This document shows, piece after piece, positions 1-8,786 of a stretch of DNA of 47,776 nucleotides. The position numbers were made by a program, and so were the translations under genes. Each line of letters begins with the position of its first letter. Positions within the stretch are counted from its first letter, which is position 1. Source of the DNA: an uncultured Eubacteriales bacterium (GTDB lineage Bacteria > Actinomycetota > Coriobacteriia > Anaerosomatales > JAAXUF01). The stretch lies in assembly GCA_964644675.1 (NCBI GenBank), contig CAZXWK010000004.1:36217-83992 (forward strand). Direction: 5' to 3'. Under the pieces are notes generated by a model. The model saw only the letters and a program-made list of their open reading frames with translations. It searched no databases and was not told where the DNA came from.

Positions 1-578
1 CCGACGATCGCCCACGAGACGAAGTACCGGCCGATGTAGCTGAACATCATCGTGGTGATGACCTCGTTGGCGCCGATCTTCGCCTTCATGAGCGCGGGTA
101 TGAACGCCCACGCCGCGCCTCCAGCGGCCGCGGCGAGCAGGATCGTCGGCACCGCGGCGAACCACGGCATCGCTCCGACGAACATGCCGACGAACGCCGC
201 CGCGAGCCCGCCGAGGAAGAGCTGGCCCTCGGCGCCGATGTTGAAGAGGCCGGCCCGGAAGCCGTAGGCGAGCGCGAGACCGGTCAGGATCAGCGGCGTG
301 GAGCGCAACAGCGTCTCGCCGATCGCGCGCTGGCTGCCGAACGCCCCGCGGAACAGCGCGGCGAACGCGGCCACCGGGCTGTAGCCCGAGGCGGCGATGA
401 ACAGCGATCCCACCAGGATCGCGATTGCGACCGAGACGAACGGCGTGATGATGCGGATGATGCGGTCGGAGCGCTCGCGCTCGAGCGCGAACCGCTTCTC
501 GATCGCATCCGCCGAGAGGGACTCGGCCGCCGTAGGCACGTGGGAGTCCGGGCGAGGGCCCGGCGTGTTGTCAGACAT
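1..578 (-). CDS. ABC transporter permease (BMP/nucleoside-type importer), N-terminal part; C-terminus runs off the window edge
   Basis: I translated the minus strand by hand from an ATG at ~578, 2 nt after the ATPase stop. It reads MSDNTPGPRPDSHVPTAAESLSADAIEKRF...IAILVGSLFIAASGYSPVAAFAALF...NIGAEGQLFLGGLAAAFVGMF, a polytopic hydrophobic protein typical of BMP-family permeases, with no stop before position 1. The annotated 290..508 minus ORF is a different frame. Confidence 0.8.
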   Translation of the reverse strand, partial: MSDNTPGPRPDSHVPTAAESLSADAIEKRFALERERSDRIIRIITPFVSVAIAILVGSLFIAASGYSPVAAFAALFRGAFGSQRAIGETLLRSTPLILTGLALAYGFRAGLFNIGAEGQLFLGGLAAAFVGMFVGAMPWFAAVPTILLAAAAGGAAWAFIPALMKAKIGANEVITTMMFSYIGRYFVSWAIV

Positions 579-2193
579 TCTCCCCCCTCGGAAGGTCCGA
601 GACCGCGCGGCCCTGGTCCACGTTGCGGTCTGCCTTGCCGCCACCGGTCATGAAGTAACCGAGCTCTTCTTCGGTGACGGTCCCGCCCTCGAACTCGGCG
701 ACGATGCGCCCTTCGAACATGACGAGGATCCGGTCCGACAGGGACTGGATCTCCTCGAGCTCCATGCTCACGAGCAGCACGCCCTTGCGCTTGTCGCGCG
801 CCGAGACGATCTGTCGGTGCACGAACTCGATCGCGCCCACGTCGAGGCCGCGCGTCGGCTGCGCCGCGATGAGCAGCTCCGGATCGCGCCCGAGCTCCCG
901 CGCCACGACGACCTTCTGCTGGTTGCCGCCCGAGAGATTGGCCGCAGCCACGGTCTCGCTCGGCGTGCGGATGTCGTAGTCGGCGATGCGCTTCTTCGCC
1001 GTGTCGGCCATCGCCCGCCGGTCGAGGATGCCGTGCTTCGATATCGGCTCCCTGCGCTGGTCGCCCAACGCCATGTTCTCGACCAAGTCGAACTCGAGAA
1101 CCAGGCCGCGGCGCTGGCGGTCCTCGGGAACGACCGAGACCCCCGCGTCGATGGTGCGTGCAGGATTGTCGTGCGTGATGTCCCTGCCGCGCAACGACAC
1201 GGAGCCCTGCGTGGGGCGGCGCAGCCCCGTGATGGCCTCCACCAGCTCGCGCTGGCCGTTGCCGTCGACGCCGGCAATGCCGACGATCTCGCCTTCGCGC
1301 ACTTGGAGGGACAGCCCGCGCACGGCCTCGAGCTTGCGGTCGTCGAGCACGTGCAGGTCGTCGACCGAGAGGACGACGTCGCCCGGCGAGGACGGTGCCT
1401 TCTCGATCCGGAGCACAACCTCGCGCCCGACCATCATCTTCGCGAGGCCCGCCTCGTTGGTCTGCGCGGGGGCCGTCTCCCCCACCATCTTGCCCGCGCG
1501 CATGACAGCGATACGGTCGGCGAACGCCATCACCTCGTCGAGCTTGTGAGTGATGATCACGACGGCGAGGCCCTCGCTCACGAGCTGGCGGACGATCTCG
1601 AACAGCTCGTTGACCTCTTGGGGCGTCAGAACCGCGGTCGGCTCGTCGAGGATGAGGATGCGGGCCTTGCGGAACAAAGCCTTGAGGATCTCGACGCGCT
1701 GCTGCATGCCGACCGACAGATCCATGACCGTCGCGTCCGGGTCGACCTTGAGCCCGTAGCGCTCCGAGATCGCGACGACCTCGTCGCGTGCGGCCTTACG
1801 CTCGATCACGCCGAACTTGGTCGGTTCGAGCCCGAGCACGATGTTCTCGGTGACCGTGAGCGTCTCGACGAGCATGAAGTGCTGGTGCACCATGCCGATG
1901 CCCAGGTCGATGGCCTGCCGAGGGCCCTTGATGTCCACCGGCGCGCCGTCGACGAGGATGCGACCCTCGTCCGAGCCCAGCAGACCGTACACGACGTTCA
2001 TGAGCGTGGTCTTGCCGGCACCGTTCTCGCCGAGCAGCGAGACGACCTCGCCGCAGTGGACGTCGAGCGACACGTCGCTGACGGCGAGCACACCCGGGAA
2101 TCGTTTGGTGATGTGCTCGAGGCGCAGGACCGGCTGCCCCGGTGGCGGGGAGGCGACGCCTGCGGCGGACCGCTGCGTACTCTCATCTGACAT
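571..2193 (-). CDS. ABC transporter ATP-binding protein with two tandem nucleotide-binding domains (BMP/nucleoside or sugar importer ATPase)
   Basis: Two Walker A motifs (GENGAGKTTL, and a second half), Q-loop, signature and Walker B (ILILDEPTAVL) motifs. The start is re-set to the ATG at 2193 (MSDESTQ...), preceded by AAGGAG plus 5 nt, rather than the track start at 2208. Confidence 0.9.
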   Translation of the reverse strand: MSDESTQRSAAGVASPPPGQPVLRLEHITKRFPGVLAVSDVSLDVHCGEVVSLLGENGAGKTTLMNVVYGLLGSDEGRILVDGAPVDIKGPRQAIDLGIGMVHQHFMLVETLTVTENIVLGLEPTKFGVIERKAARDEVVAISERYGLKVDPDATVMDLSVGMQQRVEILKALFRKARILILDEPTAVLTPQEVNELFEIVRQLVSEGLAVVIITHKLDEVMAFADRIAVMRAGKMVGETAPAQTNEAGLAKMMVGREVVLRIEKAPSSPGDVVLSVDDLHVLDDRKLEAVRGLSLQVREGEIVGIAGVDGNGQRELVEAITGLRRPTQGSVSLRGRDITHDNPARTIDAGVSVVPEDRQRRGLVLEFDLVENMALGDQRREPISKHGILDRRAMADTAKKRIADYDIRTPSETVAAANLSGGNQQKVVVARELGRDPELLIAAQPTRGLDVGAIEFVHRQIVSARDKRKGVLLVSMELEEIQSLSDRILVMFEGRIVAEFEGGTVTEEELGYFMTGGGKADRNVDQGRAVSDLPRGENV

Positions 2194-2210
2194 GGGCGCT
2201 CCTTGCATAG

Positions 2211-2241
2211 CAGGGGCGGTCGGCTCGGCCGACCGCCCCTG
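2211..2241. terminator. Intra-operon GC-rich hairpin between the substrate-binding and ATPase genes (13-bp stem CAGGGGCGGTCGG / CCGACCGCCCCTG)
   Basis: Perfect inverted repeat read directly. It lies just downstream of the lipoprotein gene stop and upstream of the ATPase RBS, a typical partial terminator that raises SBP:ATPase expression ratio. Confidence 0.55.
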
Positions 2242-2275
2242 TTGGTCTCAGGCGTGCAAGCGGCACATGTAGATG

Positions 2276-3346
2276 CTACTGCACGGTGTCCGGAACGGTG
2301 TACGCACCGTCGACGACCTCCTGCTTGGCGGCGTCGACCTTGGCCTTCACGTCGGCCGGGATCTTCGAGTCCCAGTCGTGGTACGGGGCGAGACCGACGC
2401 CGTCTTCCTTGATGCCGAAGAGGACGTTCTCTCCGCCCTTGAGCGTACCGTCAACGGCCTGCTTGATCGTCAGGAAGACCGCGTTGTCGACCTTCTTGAC
2501 GGCGGACGTGACGATCGTGTCACCGATGCCCGGGATCGTGTTGAACTGGTCCGCATCGACGCCGATGAACAGCGCCTTGTTCTCCTGGCAGGCCTTCGCC
2601 GTGCCCAGACCGGTCTGTCCGGCAGCCGCGAAGATGATATCGGCGCCCTGCTCGATGAGAGCCTTGCCGGCCTCGTAGCCCTTCTGCTGGTCGGTGAAGG
2701 AGCCGGTGTAGATGCTCTTCACCTCGACCGCGGGGTTGGCCTTCTTGGCGCCCGCGACGTAGCCCGCCTGGAACTTCTGGACCGGCGGGATCTCCATGCC
2801 GCCGACGAAGCCGAGGATCGGCTTGTCGTTGATGCGCGGGTCGACCGTCGGCATGGTCGTGAGCAGACCGGCCAGGTAGCCCGCGAGATAGCCGGCTTCC
2901 TGCTCCTTGAAGTTCAGTCCGACGACGTTGTCGATGGTCGGATCGAAGAACTCGTCGATGCCGCCGTAGATGACGTCCGGCGTGCTCGTCGACACCTTGG
3001 TGACCGTGTCGGTCATCAGGAAGCCGACGGCGAAGATCGGATTGTAGCCCGCGTTCGCGAGCTGCGTCAGGTTGCTCTCATAGTCGGTCGGCGCCTTCGA
3101 CTCGAGCACCTTGGTCTCGATGCCGAACTCCTTCTTGGCCCGCTCGAGACCAGCGTTCGAGAGGTCGTTGAAGGACTTGTCTCCCAAGCCACCGATGTCG
3201 GTGACCATCGCGGCCTTGATGGCCGTCTTCGTGCCACCGGTCGTCGTCTCAGTCGTCGTCGAGCCGCCCGAGCAGCCCGCGACCAAAGCGCCGACCAACG
3301 CGACAGCGAGGACGACAGCCGCATACCTGACCCACTTGGATCTCAC
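2276..3346 (-). CDS. BMP-family (PnrA/basic membrane lipoprotein) ABC transporter substrate-binding lipoprotein
   Basis: Lipoprotein signal with lipobox LVAGC, followed by a BMP/PnrA-like nucleoside-binding fold (DIGGLGDKSFNDL...). The likely start is the GTG at 3346 (MRSKWVRYAAVVLAVAL...), preceded by GGAGGAGGGG plus 7 nt; the track start is 3376. Confidence 0.85.
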   Translation of the reverse strand: MRSKWVRYAAVVLAVALVGALVAGCSGGSTTTETTTGGTKTAIKAAMVTDIGGLGDKSFNDLSNAGLERAKKEFGIETKVLESKAPTDYESNLTQLANAGYNPIFAVGFLMTDTVTKVSTSTPDVIYGGIDEFFDPTIDNVVGLNFKEQEAGYLAGYLAGLLTTMPTVDPRINDKPILGFVGGMEIPPVQKFQAGYVAGAKKANPAVEVKSIYTGSFTDQQKGYEAGKALIEQGADIIFAAAGQTGLGTAKACQENKALFIGVDADQFNTIPGIGDTIVTSAVKKVDNAVFLTIKQAVDGTLKGGENVLFGIKEDGVGLAPYHDWDSKIPADVKAKVDAAKQEVVDGAYTVPDTVQ

Positions 3347-3445
3347 AGAGAATCCCCTCCTCCATACAGTGGACATGGCCTCATATGCATTCTAGTCCAA
3401 AGAACGCCGGCTCTGTCCTCGTGGCCGTGACCCCGCGCCTTCCGC

Positions 3446-4351
3446 TCAGCGCAGACGCGCGCGAGGGTGTGTCGTTAAGTATTCTTCCCGAACGTGGCGT
3501 CTATCCACGTGCGTGTAGACCTGAGTCGTGGAAATATCTGCGTGTCCGAGCATCTCCTGAAGCGCCCTGAGGTCCGCACCGCCTTCGAGCAGGTGCGTCG
3601 CGTACGAGTGCCGCAGCGTGTGCGGGTGCAGCTCGAGTCCCACCCGTGCCCCGTAGCGCCGAACGAGCTCGAATACCGCCTGCCGAGAGAGTCGCCCGCC
3701 TCGGACGTTCACGAAGACCGCGTCGTGATCCACCCCCGAAAGCGAGCCTTTGGGCCGGAGGTACGGGCGTCCGTGCGCAAGGTAGGCGTCGAGAGCGTGC
3801 GCGGCCATGCCGCCGACCGGTACGAGCCGCTCCTTGCTCCCCTTGCCGAAGACCCGCAGGAATCCCTCGGCAAGGTCGATGTCGCTGCGATCGAGCCCCG
3901 TGAGTTCGCTGACACGCATCCCGCACCCGTAGAGCGTCTCGAGTATCGCCCTGTCCCGCAGACCGGCGGGCGTGTCCGGGAACGGTTGCGAGAGCAGCCG
4001 GTCCACATCGTCGATGCTCAGGACGTCGGGAAGGCGTTGGGGCACCTTCGGCAGCGGCAGTCGAGCGGTTGGGTGGTTCTCGGTGATGCCCTCCTTCACC
4101 AGGAACTTGTGGAAGCCCTTCACGGCTGCGACGCGCCGCTCCACGGTGCTTGGGGCCAGACCCCGTGCACGCAGTGACGACAGGTAGCCTGTCACGTCGT
4201 CGCGAGTCACCCGATCGGGCTGTGTGATGCCGCGCGAACCGAGGAATGTCACGTATTCGGTCAGGTCCCTGCGGTACGCCGAGACAGTGTGCGGTGACGC
4301 ACCCCGCTCGACGCTCAGGTAGCCGAGATACTCGGTGAGGTAGGTGTCCAC
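3446..4351 (-). CDS. xerD: Tyrosine site-specific recombinase XerD
   Basis: The N-terminus ...LSVERGASPHTVSAYRRDL... and the C-terminal catalytic R..HxxR..Y residues (HTLRHSYATHLL...TQVYTHV) are typical of XerC/XerD. Synteny with Rv1701 (xerD near pyrG) favours XerD. Confidence 0.85.
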   Translation of the reverse strand: MDTYLTEYLGYLSVERGASPHTVSAYRRDLTEYVTFLGSRGITQPDRVTRDDVTGYLSSLRARGLAPSTVERRVAAVKGFHKFLVKEGITENHPTARLPLPKVPQRLPDVLSIDDVDRLLSQPFPDTPAGLRDRAILETLYGCGMRVSELTGLDRSDIDLAEGFLRVFGKGSKERLVPVGGMAAHALDAYLAHGRPYLRPKGSLSGVDHDAVFVNVRGGRLSRQAVFELVRRYGARVGLELHPHTLRHSYATHLLEGGADLRALQEMLGHADISTTQVYTHVDRRHVREEYLTTHPRARLR

Positions 4352-4392
4352 CTGTCGAGTATAGGCGTGCCGGCGAGCGTCCCGCTACGAGC

Positions 4393-4418
4393 GAGAGGCC
4401 CGCGCTGGCGGGCCTCTC
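4393..4418 (-). terminator. Hairpin downstream of the flotillin gene (11-bp stem GAGAGGCCCGC / GCGGGCCTCTC, loop GCTG)
   Basis: Perfect inverted repeat between the flotillin stop (4444) and the xerD start (4351). Confidence 0.6.
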
Positions 4419-4443
4419 GGCGATGCTAGGTGGTGATCGGCGG

Positions 4444-6645
4444 CTAGGCCTTCGGAGCGTCACCCTTGGAGGACTCGGTCGACGCGCCGCCCTCATCCTG
4501 CTTCTTCGCGCCGGGTCGTGCGGGCGCGGCCTTGCGGGGCGCGGGTGCCGTCGATCCGAGTGGCGGCACCGCCGAGGGCGCGGGCGCGGTCGCGGACATC
4601 TGTTCGCGGATCGCCGACTTGATCGCGCGGACGGCCTCGACCTGCTCGGCGTCGGCCGGACCGGCCTCGCCGGTGGCTTGGAGCTTCTCGGTGGCGAGCA
4701 GCGTCATGAGCAGGCTGAACGCGTTGGCGCCGGAGCCCGACTCGCCCTCGCCCCCGCCTCCCATCTCGACGTAGGTGGAGGGAACGATCGGGATCTTCGC
4801 GGTCTCGACCGCCTGCGACAGGCGGTTCATGACCTCCTGGACGAGCTGGAGCTGCGGTCCGCCATACGCCCGGACCTGCTCCTCGATGGCGATGGCCTTG
4901 CCGATACCGACACGGGCCTCACGGTCGGCGTCGGCCTCGGCGGTGAGCTTGATCCTGGTCGCCTCACCCGCGGCGAGCAGCTTGACCCGCTCGGCGTCGG
5001 CAGCGGCGAGCGTTTTCACGCGCTCGGCGTCCTGCGTCGCGCGCTGCAGCTCGGCGCGACCGGCGTTCTCCTGGATGTTGACGTTGATCTCGGACTCGGT
5101 GAGCAGCGTCTGCTGCTGTGCGATTGCGGTGGCCTGCTTGAGCTCGCGTTCCTTGTCCGCGGCGATGCGCTGCTTCTCGTAGGTCTCGAGCTTCTCGACG
5201 GCGACCTGCCGGTCCCTCAGCTGCATCAGGATCTGCTCGATCTTGTCGTCGCCGGGCTGCGAGTGCGGCGTGCCGATCAGCACCTCTTCGAGCTCGAGGT
5301 TGTAGTGCTCGAACTTGACCTTCATCTCGACGCTCGAGCGCTCCTGGATCTCCGAGCGCTGCTGGAGCAGCTCGATGAGCGTGCGCGTCTGGCCGATGTT
5401 CTTGAAGTACGCCGAGACCATTGGGTCGAGGGTCTGGTTGACGAGCATCTTGATGTCGCCGAACCGCTGGATGACGAGCGGCGCCTTCTTGTAGTCGATG
5501 TGGATGACCACGGAAAGCGGAAGCAGGGGCTCGAACGCGTCCTTGGTGATCAGGCTCACCTCGGCGAGGTTCTCGTCGTAGTTGTGCTCGCCGCTCTGGC
5601 CGAGGATCCACTTGAGGATGATGTTGGTCGTCGGGACCATGCTGATGGAGCCGGCGTACGTGTTGAACGCGTACTTGCCCGGCATGAGCGGCTCGCTCCA
5701 GACGCCGCGGTTACCCATGGCAACCAACTCGCCGTGACGGTACGCCTCACCGGAGGTGTCCACGCCCTTGGGACCGAAGTAGCTGACCACGACGCCCGCG
5801 TAGCCCACCGGCACGACGACCTTGTTGATCAGCTCGACCGTCGCGAAGAGCCGGTTGATGAAGTATGTGCCCTCGGTCAGCACCTGGTACTGGCGGCCGC
5901 GGAAGCCGCCCGCGGCAAGGAACGCCTCAGGGTCCTGGAAGTTGTTGTGGTAGCCGGGGCTATCAGGCTTGTCGCCCACGGCCGGCGCGATGATGTCGCC
6001 CATCGGGAGCGACGGGCCGTCGTTGACGGTCACGATGCCGGTCTTGTCGTCCGCGCCCTTGATGACGATCGGGTTGAAGCCGTCCACCTGGTTGAGGTGG
6101 GTCGCCATCGCCTGGATGGTGCCCTGCTCCTCGGCCGAGCCCATCGGCAGGTAGAAGATCTGCGCCTCGGTGATGATGATGAACTGCGCGAGGTTGAAGG
6201 CGTAGGTTCCTTCTCGGAGGATCTGGCGCTGAGGACCCCTCTGCCCGCCGGCCTCGATGTAGGCGGTGACGTCTTCGAAGGTGTTGCCGGGGACGACCTT
6301 GCCGAGTGTCTGTCCCGGAGGCAGCGGAACGCCGTCACGCGCGAAGACGTAGCCGATCTTGCCCTGCGAGATCGTGACGAGGGGCATCACGTGGACGCGG
6401 TACATGAGCGGCGTGCGGAAGTGGATACCGCCTCGCAGCACGTTGGGCTGGTAGCCCGCCTCGCCCTTGAGCGAGATGATGGCGTCCTTGAGCGAGCCCT
6501 TGGGGCTCCACCACTTCTCGACGATGGCGACCTTGTCGCTTCGGATGACCCGGAACCCCACGAGCCAGAGCACGATCGCCAGCACGACGATCCCGACGAT
6601 CCCCCAGATCGCCGCCGCGAACAGGAACCCGATGAGCGCAGCCAC
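4444..6645 (-). CDS. Flotillin-like SPFH/band-7 membrane protein (YqiK/FloT family) with long coiled-coil region and Ala/Pro/Lys-rich C-terminal tail
   Basis: N-terminal TM helix (AALIGFLFAAAIWGIVGIVVLAIVLWLVGF), then an SPFH domain, an extended EA-repeat/coiled-coil region (KERELKQATAIAQQQ...AERVKLLAAGEATRIKL) and a disordered tail. The start is re-set to the GTG at 6645, preceded by GGGGGAGGA plus 4 nt; the track uses a TTG at 6669. Confidence 0.8.
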   Translation of the reverse strand: MAALIGFLFAAAIWGIVGIVVLAIVLWLVGFRVIRSDKVAIVEKWWSPKGSLKDAIISLKGEAGYQPNVLRGGIHFRTPLMYRVHVMPLVTISQGKIGYVFARDGVPLPPGQTLGKVVPGNTFEDVTAYIEAGGQRGPQRQILREGTYAFNLAQFIIITEAQIFYLPMGSAEEQGTIQAMATHLNQVDGFNPIVIKGADDKTGIVTVNDGPSLPMGDIIAPAVGDKPDSPGYHNNFQDPEAFLAAGGFRGRQYQVLTEGTYFINRLFATVELINKVVVPVGYAGVVVSYFGPKGVDTSGEAYRHGELVAMGNRGVWSEPLMPGKYAFNTYAGSISMVPTTNIILKWILGQSGEHNYDENLAEVSLITKDAFEPLLPLSVVIHIDYKKAPLVIQRFGDIKMLVNQTLDPMVSAYFKNIGQTRTLIELLQQRSEIQERSSVEMKVKFEHYNLELEEVLIGTPHSQPGDDKIEQILMQLRDRQVAVEKLETYEKQRIAADKERELKQATAIAQQQTLLTESEINVNIQENAGRAELQRATQDAERVKTLAAADAERVKLLAAGEATRIKLTAEADADREARVGIGKAIAIEEQVRAYGGPQLQLVQEVMNRLSQAVETAKIPIVPSTYVEMGGGGEGESGSGANAFSLLMTLLATEKLQATGEAGPADAEQVEAVRAIKSAIREQMSATAPAPSAVPPLGSTAPAPRKAAPARPGAKKQDEGGASTESSKGDAPKA

Positions 6646-6729
6646 GGTGTCCTCCCCCAAGTCCGTCAACTGGTGCGTCTTTCCACCCTACGACCGTTGG
6701 AGCCGGTAGGCAATCCTTCCGAGACGCAC

Positions 6730-6758
6730 GGTGGCCGCCCCAGATCGGGACGGCCACC
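6730..6758 (-). terminator. Hairpin downstream of ald (12-bp stem with one mismatch, loop AGATC)
   Basis: GGTGGCCGCCCC agatc GGGACGGCCACC, read directly, lying between the ald stop (6783) and the flotillin start. Confidence 0.5.
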
Positions 6759-6782
6759 GGATGCTCGTGATTGCGCGAGACG

Positions 6783-7904
6783 CTAGCTGACGAGCGAAGA
6801 GAGCTCGACGTACTCCAGGCCGTGGGCCTCGGCGACGGGCTTGTAGGTGACCTTGCCGTCGAGGACGTTCATGCCCTTGGCGAGCGCGGCGTCGTCGAGA
6901 ACGGCCTGCTTCCAACCCTTGTCGGCGATGGCCAGGCCGTAGCGCAGCGTCGCGTTGTTGAGCGCGTGGGTCGAGGTGTTGGGCACCGCGCCCGGCATGT
7001 TGGCGACGCCGTAGTGCAGAACGCCGTCGACGAAGTAGGTCGGGTCGGCGTGCGTGGTGGCCTTGGTGGTCTCGATACAACCGCCCTGGTCGACGGAGAC
7101 GTCCACGACGACCGCACCCGGCTTCATGTTCGGGAGCATGTCGGCCGTGACGAGCCACGGGGTGCGGGCACCCGGCAGCAGGACCGCGCCGATGACGAGG
7201 TCGGCGGCGTAGACGGCCTGCTCGATGTTGTAGCGGTTGCTGTACAGGGTGCGGACGCGGTTGCCCCACAGGTCGTCGATGTAGCGGATGCGGTCCATGT
7301 TCACGTCCATGACCGTGACGTTGGCGCCCATGCCGACCGCCATGTACGTCGCGTTCATGCCGACGACGCCACCGCCGAGAACGACCACGTTGGCCGGGAG
7401 CACACCCGGGACGCCGCCCATGAGAACGCCGCGACCGCCGAGGGTCTTCTGCAGGTACTGCGCGCCGACGATGGACGCCATACGGCCAGCGACCTCGGAC
7501 ATCGGGGCGAGAAGCGGGAGCGAGTGGTTCGGCAGCTCGACCGTCTCGTAGGCGATGCAGACGGCGCCCGAGGCGATCAGGCCCATCGTCTGCTCGTAGT
7601 CGGGGGCGAGGTGCAGGTAGGTGTAGAGGATCTGGCCGGGGCGCAGCATCGCGATCTCGACCGCCTGCGGCTCCTTGACCTTGACGATCATGTCGGCCGT
7701 GGCGAAGACCTCGGCGGCGGTGTCGATGATCTTCGCACCGGCGGCCACGTACTCCGCGTCCGGGAACGACGAGCCGACGCCGGCGCCCTGCTCGACGATG
7801 ACCTCGTGCCCGTGGTGCACGAACTCGCGCACCGAACCGGGGGTCAGTCCGACCCGGAACTCGTTGTTCTTGATCTCCTTGGGTACTCCAACGATCACGT
7901 TCGC
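6783..7904 (-). CDS. ald: L-alanine dehydrogenase
   Basis: Canonical N-terminus (V)IVGVPKEIKNNEFRVGLTP and Rossmann motif VVLGGGVVGMNA. The true start is the GTG at 7904, preceded by AAAGGGAG plus 6 nt; the track start at 7976 adds 24 non-conserved residues. Confidence 0.9.
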   Translation of the reverse strand, partial: ANVIVGVPKEIKNNEFRVGLTPGSVREFVHHGHEVIVEQGAGVGSSFPDAEYVAAGAKIIDTAAEVFATADMIVKVKEPQAVEIAMLRPGQILYTYLHLAPDYEQTMGLIASGAVCIAYETVELPNHSLPLLAPMSEVAGRMASIVGAQYLQKTLGGRGVLMGGVPGVLPANVVVLGGGVVGMNATYMAVGMGANVTVMDVNMDRIRYIDDLWGNRVRTLYSNRYNIEQAVYAADLVIGAVLLPGARTPWLVTADMLPNMKPGAVVVDVSVDQGGCIETTKATTHADPTYFVDGVLHYGVANMPGAVPNTSTHALNNATLRYGLAIADKGWKQAVLDDAALAKGMNVLDGKVTYKPVAEAHGLEYVELSSLVS

Positions 7905-8031
7905 ACTCCCTTTCACCGTAAGTGGCCCTTCGAACGCAAGACCGAGTTGCCGGCACTCTGCATCGCGTCGGGACAAACCTGAATCAGTGTACCGCGCCGA
8001 CCCGCATTCTCAAGGAAGTAGCGGCAGTCGG

Positions 8032-8058
8032 TTGCGAATCGCGCAAGAGTCGTACAAT
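8032..8058 (+). promoter_or_regulatory. Candidate sigma-70-type promoter (TTGCGA, 15 nt, TACAAT) for the 8102 gene, in the ald-divergent region
   Basis: Hexamers read directly. The spacer is 15 nt, which is suboptimal, and the TSS would be about 37 nt upstream of the GTG at 8102. Confidence 0.25.
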
Positions 8059-8101
8059 CGTCGTGTCGCCATGTGTCGGTTGAGCCCGAAGGGGGCAGCT
8101 C

Positions 8102-8728
8102 GTGGAATACGGCCGTACGCACTACCTGCGCATCCCCAAGAACAAGTTCTGGGCTTGGGTCGGAGTCTCCTTCGCGTTCGGTCTCGCGATCGGGCTCGCG
8201 ATCATGTTCGCCCGGCAGGCTGCGCTGAGCAGGGAGTTGGACGCAGCAAAGGCGCAGGCCACGGCCTCAGCGCAGGAAGCCAGCGCGACCATCGAGTCGA
8301 TGCAGCAGCGCCTCACCTCGGTCGAGGCGTCTCTGGCGGCCGCCTCGGAGCAGATCGCCGCGGCCCAGGCGGAGGCGGCCAAGCAGGCGGAGGAGCAGTC
8401 GACCGACCAGGCCTCGAACGAGAACACGGTGACCGTCGTGTCGCGTACCATCTCGCCGAGCACGGTCGAGACGGAGGGCGCGATCACCATGACCGCGAAG
8501 GTCAAGGGCTCGCCCGAGAAGGTCACCATGCGCATAACCGGACCCAACGGCTACGACGAGGTCTTCGCGCTGAAGAAGTCGTCGACCTCGGACTCGACCG
8601 AGACGTGGAAGGCCGGCACGACCGCGCCAAAGAAGGCCGGCACGTACAAGTACTACGCGACCGCCTACAAAGGCGACGCCAAGGCGACGATGCCCGGCGC
8701 TTCCCCCTCGACGCTCAAGGTCGAGTAG
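8102..8728 (+). CDS. Hypothetical bitopic membrane protein: N-terminal TM, Ala/Gln-rich coiled coil, C-terminal beta-rich (Ig-like) domain
   Basis: GTG start preceded by AAGGGGG plus 6 nt. TM helix WAWVGVSFAFGLAIGLAIMF, then an AQ-rich helical segment, then TVTVVSRTISPSTVETEGAITMTAKVKG...TYKYYATAYKGDAK. It is the only plus-strand gene in the first 16 kb. No family recognised. Confidence 0.6.
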   Translation: MEYGRTHYLRIPKNKFWAWVGVSFAFGLAIGLAIMFARQAALSRELDAAKAQATASAQEASATIESMQQRLTSVEASLAAASEQIAAAQAEAAKQAEEQSTDQASNENTVTVVSRTISPSTVETEGAITMTAKVKGSPEKVTMRITGPNGYDEVFALKKSSTSDSTETWKAGTTAPKKAGTYKYYATAYKGDAKATMPGASPSTLKVE

Positions 8729-8786
8729 CCGCCCTCGCCCGACCCCTCAGCAACCGCGAACGGCACCGACGCGTTGAGGCGCGCCG

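Noticed and set aside
397-2190. 597-aa plus-strand ORF
   Set aside because: Antisense to the ABC ATPase gene. Its Arg/Asp/Leu-rich, low-complexity translation is typical of GC-rich antisense frames, while the minus frame has clear Walker motifs.
4423-6786. 787-aa plus-strand ORF
   Set aside because: Antisense to the flotillin gene. The translation is dominated by R/L/G/D with no domain signal.
6771-7982. 403-aa plus-strand ORF and the 422-aa minus ORF 6688..7956
   Set aside because: Alternative frames over ald. Only the 6783..7904 minus frame gives the alanine dehydrogenase sequence.
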